NCBI GenBank assembly: GCA_951406725.2
Contig: OX597820.1
Location: 42,842,001-42,906,000 of the forward strand
DNA: 64,000 nucleotides
Direction of reading: 5' to 3'
DNA from: Octopus vulgaris
Lineage: Eukaryota
The stretch's first letter is position 1. Every line of letters starts with the position of its first letter. A program made the position numbers and the translations under genes. Shown here one piece after another: positions 28,536 to 41,665 of the stretch. The notes below the pieces were generated by a model, which saw only the letters and a program-made list of their open reading frames with translations, was not told the DNA's origin and did no database searches.

Positions 28536-28789
28536 AAAAGTTGCTTTAACAGCTTGTTTCGAGAACATTTTGCTTCTAAACTATTTCGCACACGCGCCAC
28601 ATAAACACACACACACACACACAGACATAAAGACACACAAATACATACACACACACACACACACACACTGAGGCTCATAAATCACCCACCGCCACCTACG
28701 CAGCAAGTAATGTATGAAGAGTCATTTATATTTTGATCGTCTATATCTACACATGAAGTTCATATTAATCTGATTTCGTATATAAGCAT

Positions 28790-29010
28790 AACAGCGTGTT
28801 AGATGTTCGAATCCCGGCGTTGCGTTATGTTCTCGAACAACACGCTTCGTATCGCCTTACTCCAGTCCACTCAGCTGGCAAAAAGGAGTTATACATGTAT
28901 TTCAAGGAGTCCAATTTTGTCTCATTATATGTCATACTGAATTTCTCTAAGAGTTATGTTAAGATTGCTCGTGTCTGTGGATTACTCAGCCACTTTCACG
29001 TTAATTCCAC
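28790..29010 (+). mobile_element. SINE family C-related, degenerate
   Basis: GTTCGAATCCC B-box and CTCCAGTCCACTCAGCTG shared with the 8508 copy. Confidence 0.55.
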
Positions 29011-29020
29011 AAACAAGCAT

Positions 29021-29442
29021 TACCTATTTCTTTATTACCCACAAGGGGCTACACACAGAGAGAGGACAAACAAGGACAGACATAAGTATTAAGTCGATTA
29101 CATCGACCCCCAGTGCGTAACTGGTACTTAATTTATCGACCCCGAAAGGATGAAAGGCAAAGTTGACCTCGGCGGAATTTGAACTCACAACGTAACGGCA
29201 GACGAAATACCTATTTCTTTATTACCCACAAGGGGCTAAACACAGAGGGGACAAACCAGGACAGACATAGGTATTAAGTCGATTACATCGACCCCAGTGC
29301 GTAACTGGTACTTAATTTATCGATCCCGAAAGGATGAAAGGCAAAGTTGACCTCGGCGGAATTTGAACTCACAACGTAACGGCAGTCGAAATACCGCAAA
29401 GCATTTCGCCCGGCGTGCTAACGTTTCTGCCAGCTCACCGCC
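29021..29442 (-). mobile_element. SINE family A head-to-tail dimer
   Basis: Full copy 29208-29442 followed by a head-less unit 29021-29210; junction AAATAGGTATTTCGTC. Confidence 0.9.
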
Positions 29443-29443
29443 T

Positions 29444-29725
29444 ATCAGTACATGGAACTCTCGGCTCTTGAGTCACTTTGTAATCACATTACCGTTGATT
29501 GGATTCACTACAGCCATCGCCGTGGTGGCCTTCGATGTTCCACTTGTATAACAGCATATGTATGTGATCGCATTGCATTTCCTATGCGTGTTTCTATCCC
29601 GCGCGCAAGCTTGTGTGCGCGCTTGTGTGTAGTGAGGTTTTACTGACTTTATTTTGTTAGATATCTATAAATATGTATGTATTCCTTAGTGTATACATGT
29701 TCATATGTGTGTGAGTGTGTATGTT

Positions 29726-29783
<58 letters not shown>

Positions 29784-29810
29784 TAGATAAACAGATAGAT
29801 AGATAGATAA

Positions 29811-29845
<35 letters not shown>

Positions 29846-30744
29846 CATACATAGATAGCTTGAGTGATTTAATTATTAATTGATTGTTTGATTGATTAAT
29901 TGATTGATAGGTGCAGGCTTCCTAACAGTATGGATCAGGTTTCGTCCCACTGCGTTGCACTCTGGGTGTCTTTCAATGCACCAAGCTGACCAAACCTTGT
30001 GTGTGTGTGTGTGTGCACGTGCGCGCGCCCGTGTATTTCTCCCAATACAGTTTTGTTTGACAACTGGTGTTGGTGCAATTGTGTCCGCGTTACCTAGCTG
30101 ATAAAATAAATATCACCTTCGATTCGTTCCACTAAAATTCTTCAAGACAGTGTCCCAGATTGGTTGCAGTGCCTCAGCTTGGCTGCAGACTGCAAAAAGA
30201 AAAAAACATTTTTTTTAAGATCAAAGAAGCTGGTTTGGGATGTACACAGGAAAATAATCCATTGAAACGGTTGCAAATGCGGCGATGGAAAGGCTGTCTA
30301 GAATAAATAAATAAATAAATAAAAGAGTGGAAATTGACCGGTAAGTGTGTTATATTAAGGCATTATTAAGGCGGCGAGCTGGCAGAAACATTAGCACGCC
30401 GGGCGAAATGCGTAGCCGTATTTCGTCTGTCGTTACGTTGTGAGTTCAAATTCCGCCGCGGTCGACTTTGCCTTTCATCCTTTCGGGGTCGATAAATAAA
30501 GTACCAGTTGCGCACTGGGGTTGATGTAATCGACTTAATCCGTTTGTCTGTCCTTGTTTGTCCCCTCTATGTTTAACCCCTTGTGGGCAATAAAGAAATA
30601 TATATATTAAGGCACTATGACTTGCTCTAGAGACAACGAAACACGAGTAGATACACGGGCGCATGCGTGTACGTGTTTGATTTTTCATTGATAATCAACA
30701 GAAATTACAAAGTGACTCAAGAGCCGAGAGTTTTATGTACTGAT
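29444..30744. repeat. 41 bp inverted repeat pair (29444-29484 / 30704-30744)
   Basis: ATCAGTACATGGAACTCTCGGCTCTTGAGTCACTTTGTAAT versus its reverse complement, 2 mismatches. Confidence 0.85.
30369..30600 (+). mobile_element. SINE family A, full length, with TSD
   Basis: TSD TATATTAAGGCA at 30351-30362 and 30603-30614. Confidence 0.9.
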
Positions 30745-30830
30745 TGTTGCCAATAGATCGAAGACGGCCCATGAGTTTCTATAAATTCTGCTGATTTGTG
30801 TTATAAAAAAAGAACAGCAACATTTATCCA

Positions 30831-30913
<83 letters not shown>

Positions 30914-30935
30914 ATTTGTGTGTGTGTGTGGATAT

Positions 30936-31242
30936 GTGGAGGTGCAACGGCCCAATGGTTAGGGCAGCGGTCGCAGGATCACGGTTTCGATTCCCAGACC
31001 GGTTATTGTGAGTGTTTATTGATCGAAAACACCTAAAGCTCTACGTGGCTCCGGCAGGGGGTGGTGGCGATCCCTGCTATATACTCTTTCGCCACAACTT
31101 TCTCTCACTCTTTCTTCTGTTGGGCTGCTCGCTTAGCCAGGGAGGTAGCGTCATTTGAAGGCTAAAACAATGCGAAGCGCATTGTGACCAGCGATGTGTA
31201 GCAACATCTGATAACCTGGTCGGTCACGGTGATCGCGGTGAT
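30936..31242 (+). mobile_element. SINE family D (tRNA-like head)
   Basis: GGCCCAATGGTTAGGGC A-box-like, GGTTTCGATTCCC B-box-like, short tandem tail (CGGTGAT). Single copy in the window. Confidence 0.6.
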
Positions 31243-31249
31243 ACATATA

Positions 31250-31672
31250 CTCTTTTACTCTTTTACTCTTTTACTTGTTTCAGTCATTTGACTGCGGCCA
31301 TGCTGGAGCACCGCCTTTAATCGAGCAACTCGACCCTGGGACTTTTTTTTTTTTTTGTAAGACCAGTACTTATTCTATCGGTCTCTTTTGCCGAACCGCT
31401 AAGTAACGGGGACATAAACACACCAGCATCGGTTGTCAAGCAATGCTAGGGGGACAAACACACTCACACAAACATACACACGCATATATATATATATATA
31501 CATATATACGACGGGCTTCTTTCAGTTTCCGTCTACCAAATCCACTCACAAGGCTTTGGTCGGCCCGAGGCTATAGTAGAAGACACTTGCCCAAGGTGCT
31601 ACGCTGTGGGACTGAACCCGGAACCATGTGGTTGGTAAACAAGCTACTTACCACACAGCCATTCCTGCGCCT
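31250..31672 (-). mobile_element. SINE family B, full length (best copy)
   Basis: GGCGCAGGAATGGCTGTGTGGTAAG head, CORE-like CCTTGGGCAAGTG, (AGTAAAAG)n tail. Confidence 0.9.
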
Positions 31673-32112
31673 ACATATATATATCTTCTGTTATATATCG
31701 CCTATATATATATATATCTTCTGTTATCATCTAGCTTTTACTTGCCTCAGTCATTGGATTCTGACCTTGCTGTAGTACCGAGTTGAAGAATTTAGTCGAA
31801 GATATCGACCCCCAGTACTTACGTTTTTAAAGCCTGATAATTTTTATACGGCACCCTTTTTACGTAAACAATTCAACACCGGTTTTCATTGGTGGTGGGT
31901 GAGAACCTTTAACACAGACTCATAAAAACAGATTAAAACACAAATACACACACACATACGCACACAAACACACGCCCGCACTTCATAAAAAGTTTGTTTC
32001 CCAGCTACAATGTTCCACTTCGTGACACCGGCTAGCATCTTCAATTATAGCCCAGGGCCGAAGAGAGCTTTGTGAGTGGATTTGGTACGCAGAAAGTGTG
32101 TAGACGTTCGTG

Positions 32113-32158
<46 letters not shown>

Positions 32159-32160
<2 letters not shown>

Positions 32161-32387
32161 CTTTACTACCCACAAGGGGCTAAACACAGAGAAGACAAAC
32201 AAGGACAGACAAACGGATTAAGTCGATTATATCGACCCCAGTGCGTAATTGGTACTTAATTTATCGACCCCGAAAGGATGAAAGGCAAAGTCGGCCTCGG
32301 CGGAATTTGAACTCAGAACGTAACGGCAGACGAAATACCGCTAAGCATTTCGCCCGGCGTGCTAACGATTCTGCCAACTCTCCGCCT
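32159..32387 (-). mobile_element. SINE family A, full length
   Basis: High identity to 30369-30600. Confidence 0.9.
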
Positions 32388-32399
32388 TATATATATATA

Positions 32400-32439
<40 letters not shown>

Positions 32440-33047
32440 CATACATACAAACATATATATACATATACATGCACACACGCTCTAGCGCGCGTGCATCTCT
32501 GTGTGTGTGTGTGTGTGTGTGTGTGTATGCTAATGTTTATGTATTTATATATGCTTACGTGCGTACATAAAAAAAACATATTTATTAATGTGAGCGGGTT
32601 TTTTGTAATTATGTATGTGCATTTCTTTGTGACTTCCGCTGTGTGAGTTCGCGCGCGCGTGTGTGTGTGCGCCCACGCGTCAAGAGTTCCATTGCACAGC
32701 CAATAGGCCATTGGCATATTACGTTTAGAATCTTCACGATTTGAGTTCAAATTTTGTTCAAGTATGCTTAGGGTTTCAATGTGCCCCAGTCCGAGGAAAA
32801 TAATTCTTTGGAACCCTGAAATCACTCGGTTTAAAATCAAGAATGGTATTTGTTAGGATAAATACATTAATATATTATACACATACATAGGCGTTGCTGG
32901 AATGGTTGTGTGGTTAAGAATCTTCGTTTGCTTTGGAGTCAGTCCCACTGCGTGGCACTTTGGGCAAGTGTCTTCAAGTATTCACCGGACTGATGTAAGT
33001 GAATCTGGTAGACAGAAACTTTATGGAACACATTCGTGCGTGTGTGC

Positions 33048-33083
<36 letters not shown>

Positions 33084-33084
<1 letters not shown>

Positions 33085-33478
33085 TAGCAGTACCGCCCGG
33101 CGTTGCTCGGGTTTGTAAGGGAAATAACTATATAAGCATTTTTAGAGATGTAAAGTATAATAGCCATCTCAATATGGCTAACCACTAGGGGGGGAGTGTT
33201 ACTGTAGCTTTTTACGTTCTGAGATTTAATAATAAATTTTTAGAGAGTTACTTCCCTTATATATGCAAAAGTGGATTAAAAATGGGAAAAATTGATGGTA
33301 ATTTTTTTTTTAATCGTAGACTCATCGTAGATGCGCGCTAATACCCAGAAGGGCTCGATATGAATCACGACTATAAGATACCCGGTTTTGGTTAAACTGC
33401 ACCGCAAAATGTGGGAGTAGTTAGGAATCTAAATCGTAGGAGACAGACACCACACAACCTTACTTTTATATATAAAGA
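33084..33478 (-). mobile_element. Non-autonomous Helitron
   Basis: 5' TC (TCTTTATATATAAAAG), 3' hairpin CCCGAGCAACGCCGGG then CTAG; inserted between A and T with no TSD. Confidence 0.85.
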
Positions 33479-33931
33479 TATATATATATATTCTTTTACA
33501 TTTTTCACTCGTTTGTGTGTGTGAATATATATTTGCTGTGTGGTAAGAAAATTCCTTCCCAATAACATGATTCCGGATTCAGTCCCGCTCCGTGGCACCA
33601 TGGGCGAGTGTCTTCTACCATGACCTCGGGCTATTTCTTTTTTTTTTTTGCAAGCTAATTTACAGGGACATAAACACACCAGCATCTGTTGTCAAGCGAT
33701 AGCGTGGCGGCCAAAAGACACACACGCACACACACACACACACGCACACACACACATACACACACACACACAAAAATATATACATATATAAATATACGAA
33801 GGTCTTCTTCCAGTTGCCGTCTTCCATATCCAATTACAAGACTTTGCCCCAAGTGCTACGCAGTGGCACTGGACCTTGAACCATGTGGCATTTTACCACA
33901 CAGCCACAGCACACACGCACATACACAATGC

Positions 33932-33973
<42 letters not shown>

Positions 33974-34099
33974 CTGTCTGTCTGTCTGTTTGTGTTATGT
34001 ATGTGTGTGTGAGTGTGTTTTTTAGTCAGGAGAGAAGGGTGTTACCTATGACCCGTTATAGGAGCTCTTTATACGACCCTCCTTCGGGGAAGTTACGGA

Positions 34100-34390
34100 G
34101 ATGAGAAAATATCTGCAAACTAGAGACGTGGTGATAATGCTTACAACGAACCATACATTACTGACGGCACTCGAGAATTAATGAGAAGCCAACAGCTCTT
34201 TTATCCAGTTTCCTGTTATCATAGATGCACTGGGCTACGTAACAAAAGATCTGTATAGAAACATGCAGGAATTTGGGTTCTACTGAAAGAAAAAGTGGAG
34301 AGTGATTCGCGTCGACCAATACAAAGAAAAATAACTTGTGGAATGCTGAACATCTGAATAAACATTTCAGGGAATCTCCATTTAAGGTTA
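34100..34390 (+). mobile_element. Degenerate RLE-type (R4-like) C-terminal fragment
   Basis: FPVIIDALGYVTKDLYRNMQEFGF resembles the P.IIGALG motif. Confidence 0.5.
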
Positions 34391-34452
34391 CTAGCTCTAG
34401 CATAAAAACAGAAACTTATATACATACACACATACCTACATGCATACACCCC

Positions 34453-34492
<40 letters not shown>

Positions 34493-36067
34493 CATATGGA
34501 ATATATATGAAAGCAGATACATAAAAATTAATGAAGCATAAGTCCTATCCTCCCATGCATACGAGCGACAGGGATTTTACTTTCCCATATATACACACAC
34601 ACACGCACGCACGCACATACACACGTGTGTGTGAGTGTATACAGTGGTACGCGCGTGTGTGTCTGTGGGAATATGTGTATACAAATTTATATTCTTTAAC
34701 AAGAATACTGTTGTTAGTGACTTCGAAATTTCGGTCAGCTAAGCTATCATCGGACTATGGTACATTTGAGATCAGCTTCTCTTAACGTAGTCTCTGTTAA
34801 ATAAATATTTCTTGGGCCAACTAAGTTTTGTTGAATGAAAATTAAGTTGTTTAGGAGGCCGTTGGGGTAAGGTGTAATGGTGAACCTTTATTGATTAAAT
34901 TTGCGAATGTGCCATTTCTTGTGTGTATTTATATATATATACACACATATGAATCAATCTATGCAGACACAAACTTCTAGACCTGTTTTGACTAAGCAGA
35001 TGGCCGCAGCCACCATTTTGGAGTGAATGGTATAAATTTTGCAAAGAAGAAAACTTGAAATATATCCCCAGGAAACACACATACACATGGTCCATAAATA
35101 CGCACGTATTATATACATACAAACATACATACATATATACATGCATACATACAAACATACATACATGCATCTATTCATCCATCCATCCATACATACATAC
35201 ATAGATAGATATATATACATATATACATGTATACATACATATATACATGCATACATTCATACATATATACATACAAATAATATGCATGCATACATACGTA
35301 CATGCATACATTCATTCATATATGCATGCATGCATCCATCTATCCATACATACACGCATACATTCCTATATTCATACATACGTACATACATGCATACATA
35401 CATACATACATACATACATACATACATACATACATACATACATACATACATGCAATCAAAAGTGAGAGATGGTTACGGCTGTGTCACTGATTATTCAACT
35501 GCTCGATCGAAATTAAACCGAATTTCAATAAAACAACCGAATACCTCTACCATCGCAAAGATCAACAATAACAGATGTCTTCGGTATTTGTACCCTATAT
35601 ATCATTCCCATATTAATTTCTATCACCCCAGCTTCAAAGCTAATATCACCATATCCCATCCATACTGTCATTCGGCGAAATAGAAACATCAATCAAATCT
35701 GTCAAAACCTCATTATCCAACCGTAAAACATACGAAGGACATATTACATAATACAGTCCTAGCTACCCCTACTATGGCGATGTACCGGACCTCTAAAAGA
35801 ACTATTAGTTTCCGCAGTGGTTTTGACCCAACTTCTCTTGAGTTATTAATGATCAACGTTATATGAAAATGTTTTATGAAATCCACCAAATATTCCCAAG
35901 CTTGGCGATGATTTCATCCGTGGCATCTCCACCAGAAAGGTCTGTTTATTTGTATTTTTTTGCTATTCTTCTTTAACCACAAATCAGCGTAAATTTAAAT
36001 GCATCATATGTTCATGTGTGAAGTAAATGCACGAGCGTGAATGTGTGTATGTGTGTATATATGTATG

Positions 36068-36124
<57 letters not shown>

Positions 36125-36125
<1 letters not shown>

Positions 36126-36232
36126 AAATGGGACAAGAACGCAAGACATCCGGACAAAGAAAACAAGAACGGGTCATTCGAAGTTTTCTTTCCTCAGTCG
36201 AACACCAGATTATCCTCGCAATTTCAGCTGAT
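36125..36232 (-). repeat. (TA)n-embedded dispersed repeat (family of 23609)
   Basis: Direct homology to 23609-23712. Confidence 0.75.
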
Positions 36233-36244
36233 TATATATATATT

Positions 36245-36389
<145 letters not shown>

Positions 36390-36425
36390 GTGTGTGTGTG
36401 TGTGAGATATTCATATACGCATGTA

Positions 36426-36642
36426 CGGCATCGAGCAAGCAGAATCGTTAACACACCGGATAAAATGCTAAGCGGCAATTTCTTCCGGCTTTACGTTCTG
36501 AGTTCAAATTCTGCTGAAACTGACTTTGCTTTTTTTATCTTTTCCGTGTCGATAAGATAAGTACCAGTGGAGCACTGGAGTCGATGTAATACATTATACC
36601 CTTCCCACCAAATTTCAGGCCTTGAGCCTATAGTAAGAAGGA
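36426..36642 (+). mobile_element. SINE family A-related, degenerate
   Basis: GCAGAATCGTTA..ACGTTCTGAGTTCAAATTC..AGTACCAG. Confidence 0.7.
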
Positions 36643-36731
36643 TGAATATATGAAAGCGTGTATAAGCGTGTGTGTAAGAGTGTTCGTATCAATGCGTTTT
36701 ACAAGGAAATTAAAATAACCGTTGTGCCTGT

Positions 36732-36980
<249 letters not shown>

Positions 36981-37723
36981 TTTTACGCAGATTATTCAGG
37001 AGACAGGAAAGCGGCATCGAAGACACATTACTTGGTATCCGTGAAAGAGATCCCTTTTGTTGTTTAGCCCCTAGATCAGGCCTGGCTGAGCTGTGTAGGA
37101 TTATGATCAAAAGCGCTTCAACCTCAGCGATCCTGTCATTCTCTCTGGGCTTCGTTGCCAATCAACTTTTACTACATTTTAACCAAGCTTTAACATAGCT
37201 TTTGTAGTAGCAAGATGTACTTTGAGGGAGATATCTATGCTTTTATTTCTAGCAGGTTGCTCGACGACTATGCTGGCTCCGCGCTCCTCTAGGCTCATGA
37301 AGTCCAGTATCCAAAATTTTTGAAGTCTTGTACAATAAATCTGCATATAAAAGGCAGCCATAACCTTTGAACTGAATCTAATCAATTGATCAGCCATAAT
37401 CCGACCCTTTGATCTGACACTGATCCATGAATGGAGCTATAAACCAAAATATTTAATACGAGAATATTGGAATATGGAAATTAGTTATGGCTTCGGTGTA
37501 GAAGATAAAACATCCACTTGAAGATTGGACAGACGTAGCTACCGCTGTGTGGCTCAGACGTTGGCTTTACAGTCAGGTAAGTCTGGGTTCGGCCCCACTT
37601 GACGGCATTGTAGAAAAGCGAATCCTTCTGTAATCTGAGATTGATATTGGGAATTATATCTGTAAAAGTGGTGGCAGCAGCCTCAGATATTTTTACACGT
37701 TTGTGTATTTTGTATGCACACAT

Positions 37724-37792
<69 letters not shown>

Positions 37793-37914
37793 TACACACA
37801 CACACACACATACATACACACATACACACACACACACATACACGCACACACACACACACTTACAGACACATACACACTCATATATATGTGTGTGTATGTG
37901 TGTATATATGTATG

Positions 37915-37945
<31 letters not shown>

Positions 37946-37962
37946 GTATGTATGTATGTATG

Positions 37963-38013
<51 letters not shown>

Positions 38014-38278
38014 GCTACATGCTTATATACATACATATATACATACAAATTTGAACTATACATATATATAGTTCACATTTCCAGGAAGCAAAAGACAGAG
38101 ACAGGCGAGGGAAACATAAGCCGGTGTGTTAGTTAAACGCTCGGGAAGAATAGAAAAGTCTCTGACGTTTCGAGCCAACGCACTTATGCAGAAATGATTG
38201 AGAGAGGTAAAAAAAAATGAAGTAAGAACCAAAAAAACGGAGAGCGAAAAACAATGCGTAAGGATTAGCGGTTCAACA

Positions 38279-38341
<63 letters not shown>

Positions 38342-38342
<1 letters not shown>

Positions 38343-38502
38343 GACGGGATTCTCTTAGTTTTCGTCTACCAAATCCTCTCACAAGGCTTTGGTAGGCCCG
38401 AGAGTATAGTAGAAGACACTCGCCCAAGGTCGAATGCAGTGGAACTGATCCCAAAACCATGTGGGTGGTAAGCAAGCTACTTACCACACAGCAACTCCTG
38501 CG

Positions 38503-38505
<3 letters not shown>
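38342..38505 (-). mobile_element. SINE family B 5' half
   Basis: Homologous to 31508-31672. Confidence 0.85.
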
Positions 38506-38550
<45 letters not shown>

Positions 38551-38559
38551 TGTATGTAT

Positions 38560-38589
<30 letters not shown>

Positions 38590-38590
<1 letters not shown>

Positions 38591-41560
38591 CTTTGATACT
38601 TTGATACTTTGATAGGCTTCGGCCATTATTGGCCCAGGCCATGTCTAACTTAATAGCACCACCTGGTGAAGTCTTTCAAGTCAGAATTTGGGCACTATGG
38701 CCCACTCAAGTAGAGAGTTATTGTTTACAGAGACATATCCGGGTGTAGGGGGTTTATCCGGGATTTCTTCAAGGAATCTGTCCAAAGACTTCTTGAACCC
38801 TATAGGGTCAGTTTCTGTTTTAATGTGTTTTGGTGTAATGTTAAAGAGAGCGGGGCCAATTGAGGTGAAATAATTGTGCCGTATTGTTGTTATGAGATGA
38901 GAGTGCGATTTTTGTTTTGGGCGTATGGCACGGGGCCCAAGCCTTGGATTTACCTTAAAGGTGATGCCAACATCATTTGGGCAATGCTGATGGAATATTT
39001 TCCACATCATGCAGATGATGTAGCGCTCACGACGACGTTGGAGAGAATAGAGTTTTAGCTTTTCTAGTCGACCCCAATAGTCGAGGCCTGTCATGCCATC
39101 TATCTTTTTTGTGATTGCCCTTTGTGGTGCTTCAACTTTTATGATACCTTGTATTGAGTGGGGAGACCACAGTGGACAACAGTATTCAAGGTGGGGTCGG
39201 GCAAAAGTGGAGAAGAGAAGGATAATGGTGTGGATATCTCTCGACTGGAAAGTTCTGAGAATCCAGGAACACATTCTGCGGGCCATGTCAACTTTGGTGT
39301 TTATATGAGTGGCCCAGCTTACGTTGTTGTCCATAATTACTCCCAAGTCTCTGATGTTGTTGGACGCCGCGAGAGTTTCACCTGAAGGAAGGGGAGTATG
39401 GGAGTTTCAGGGCATCCTCTTTTCCAAAGTGGATTAGCTCAAATGTATCCTCGTTCAGCAGCATATTGTTTTTTTCTGCCCATTGGATAACAGCCAGATC
39501 TGACTGAAGGCATGTCCGGTCACTCGCCTCATTTATGACCTTCTGTAGCTTGGAGTCATCTGCAAAGATTTTTATGTTGCTGTGCTTGATGATGTCATTA
39601 ATGTCATTAATGTAAATGATGAAAAGAAGTGGGCCCAGCACAGTGCCTTGCGGAACGCCACTACTGACATTGGCTAGGCTTGATTTTACCCCTTCAACTA
39701 CAACATGTTGAGATCTGTCTGTCAGGAAACACTTAATCCATTTCAGTAACTTTCCAGAGACACCAATGTTGGATAGTTTTTTCAATAGGATCTTGTGATC
39801 GACCCTGTCGAAGGCCTTACTGAAATCAAGGTAGATGACATCGGTGTTGGAGCCCTCTCCCAAAGCTCTCAAAATGTCCTCAAAGTGATGCAGGAGCTGC
39901 GTTAGGCAGTCCCTTCCATTACGGAACCCATGTTGGTTGGAGATCAGCCGTCTGTTGCTTTCCAGAAATTGGGTTATTCGAGATCTCACCACCCTCTCAA
40001 ATACCTTGATGATATGAGAGGTGAGTGAGATCGGACGGTAATTCACTGCAAGGGACTTGTTTCCCTTTTTGAAAACTGGGACAACAGACTGGGACAGGAG
40101 ATTTTTTGGAATATAGCCAGCATCCAGTGAGTTTCTCCACAGATTAGCAAGGGGAAATGCAAGTTGGTGTCGACACACCTTCAGGACACAAGCAGGGAAC
40201 CTATCGGGGCCTACTGCTGAATTGTGTTTTATTTCGTTTATCGCCGCTAAGACATCAGGGGCACTAAACGTTATGTCCGATATAGTGTGTTGGGGGTTGA
40301 CATCACTGATACAGCCCAGATCGGCCATATCAGGATTGCTGAAAACAGAGCAGTATTGTTTCTGCAGTATCTCGGCCATGGATTTGGCATTATCTTGGAG
40401 AGTGCCAGTTTCGTCAATTAGAGGGCCTACAGTGGAGACAGTGACCCTGCGTTTCCTCGCAAATGAAAAGAACACTTTGGGGTTGAGTTTGATTTTTTCA
40501 ATGGCCCACTTCTCCTCAGCTGATCTTTGGTTATTGATGAGGGTCTTCATGCATTGTTGGAGGTTATATTTTTTGGATTCAAGCAGTGCGATAGCCGTCG
40601 AATGTGTGTGTTGCTGTTGGCAGTACTTTAGTTTGTTAATTTTTTTGTTTGTTCTTTTTATTTTTCTGATAATGGTTTTTCTGTTTTGGTGGATTCTGCA
40701 CTTTTTGTTCACAGGTCTTGGTGGGGAGTGTTTTGCACATATGTCTGTGACGGTGTCTACAAAGATCTGCCAAGATGTTTTATGGTTGGTGGAGATGTGT
40801 GTATGTGTAAAGGACCAGTCAACATTTGATAGCTCGTTCCTGATTGCATCCCAGTTGGCTTTATGGAGATCCATGTTGTCAAATGGGTGGGCTGGAGGAA
40901 GGTCACTAGGATTAGCTTTCGGCTGGTGGAATTTCATGTTACAGAGAACCATGTCATGGTCTGAAAGAAGGGTTTTTTCCACTGTAACGTTATGTATAGT
41001 GTTAGTGTGGTTACTAAACACTAGGTCCAAAATGTTCTGATGTCTTGTTGGTGCAAGGACAAGTTGGGACAAGAAAAACTCATTCGTAAAGTCGAAAAGT
41101 GACTCTGCTGCTTCTTTGTCAGCGGTTGAGGCGGGAGTGCTTGGTTTCAAACAGTTTGTAGTCCAGTCAACACAGAGTAGATTGAAGTCTCCCATCATGA
41201 GTATGTTGCTAGAATGGCACTGTTGAATAAAGCACTTAATGCTGTTGAGGCATTCTTTAAAGCACAGTATGGGTGTTTGGGGCGGCCTATAGAGCCCAAT
41301 TACTGTCAGGTCATTGGCTTTGTTGTGCACGGTGACTGATTCACAGTAGCCGTTGGAGAATATACTATTTCCATCTGCCGTAAATGAATCATGCAGGAAA
41401 ATGGCAGTTCCACCCTTCCTCCTGCCGATACGATCCGCGCGGATGGTTGTGAAATTCTTCACTCTCACTTCGGCTTCCAAGTGGGAGTTGTCAAGTTGGG
41501 TCTCAGTGAGAATGAAGAAAGGGATGTGGTGTGAATGGTTACCAACCCAGTCTTCAATGA

Positions 41561-41564
<4 letters not shown>
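38590..41564 (-). mobile_element. CR1-clade LINE, 5'-truncated, near-intact APE-RT ORF2 with one frameshift
   Basis: APE: ILTETQL, GLYRPP, MGDFN, LDLV, SDH. RT: GPD, NYRPISLTS, DFSKAFD, GVPQGTVLGP, FADD. C-term YSLQRRRER. Frameshift near 39390, stop at 38681, 8-mer tail (ATCAAAGT)3, inserted in (TA)n. Confidence 0.92.
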
Positions 41565-41603
<39 letters not shown>

Positions 41604-41623
41604 ATATATAGGCGCAGGAGTGG

Positions 41624-41659
<36 letters not shown>

Positions 41660-41665
<6 letters not shown>

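Noticed and set aside
30369-30460. tRNA genes
   Set aside because: The A/B boxes belong to SINE heads; no complete cloverleaf was seen.
40222-41040. 272 aa plus-strand ORF
   Set aside because: Antisense shadow of the CR1 ORF2.
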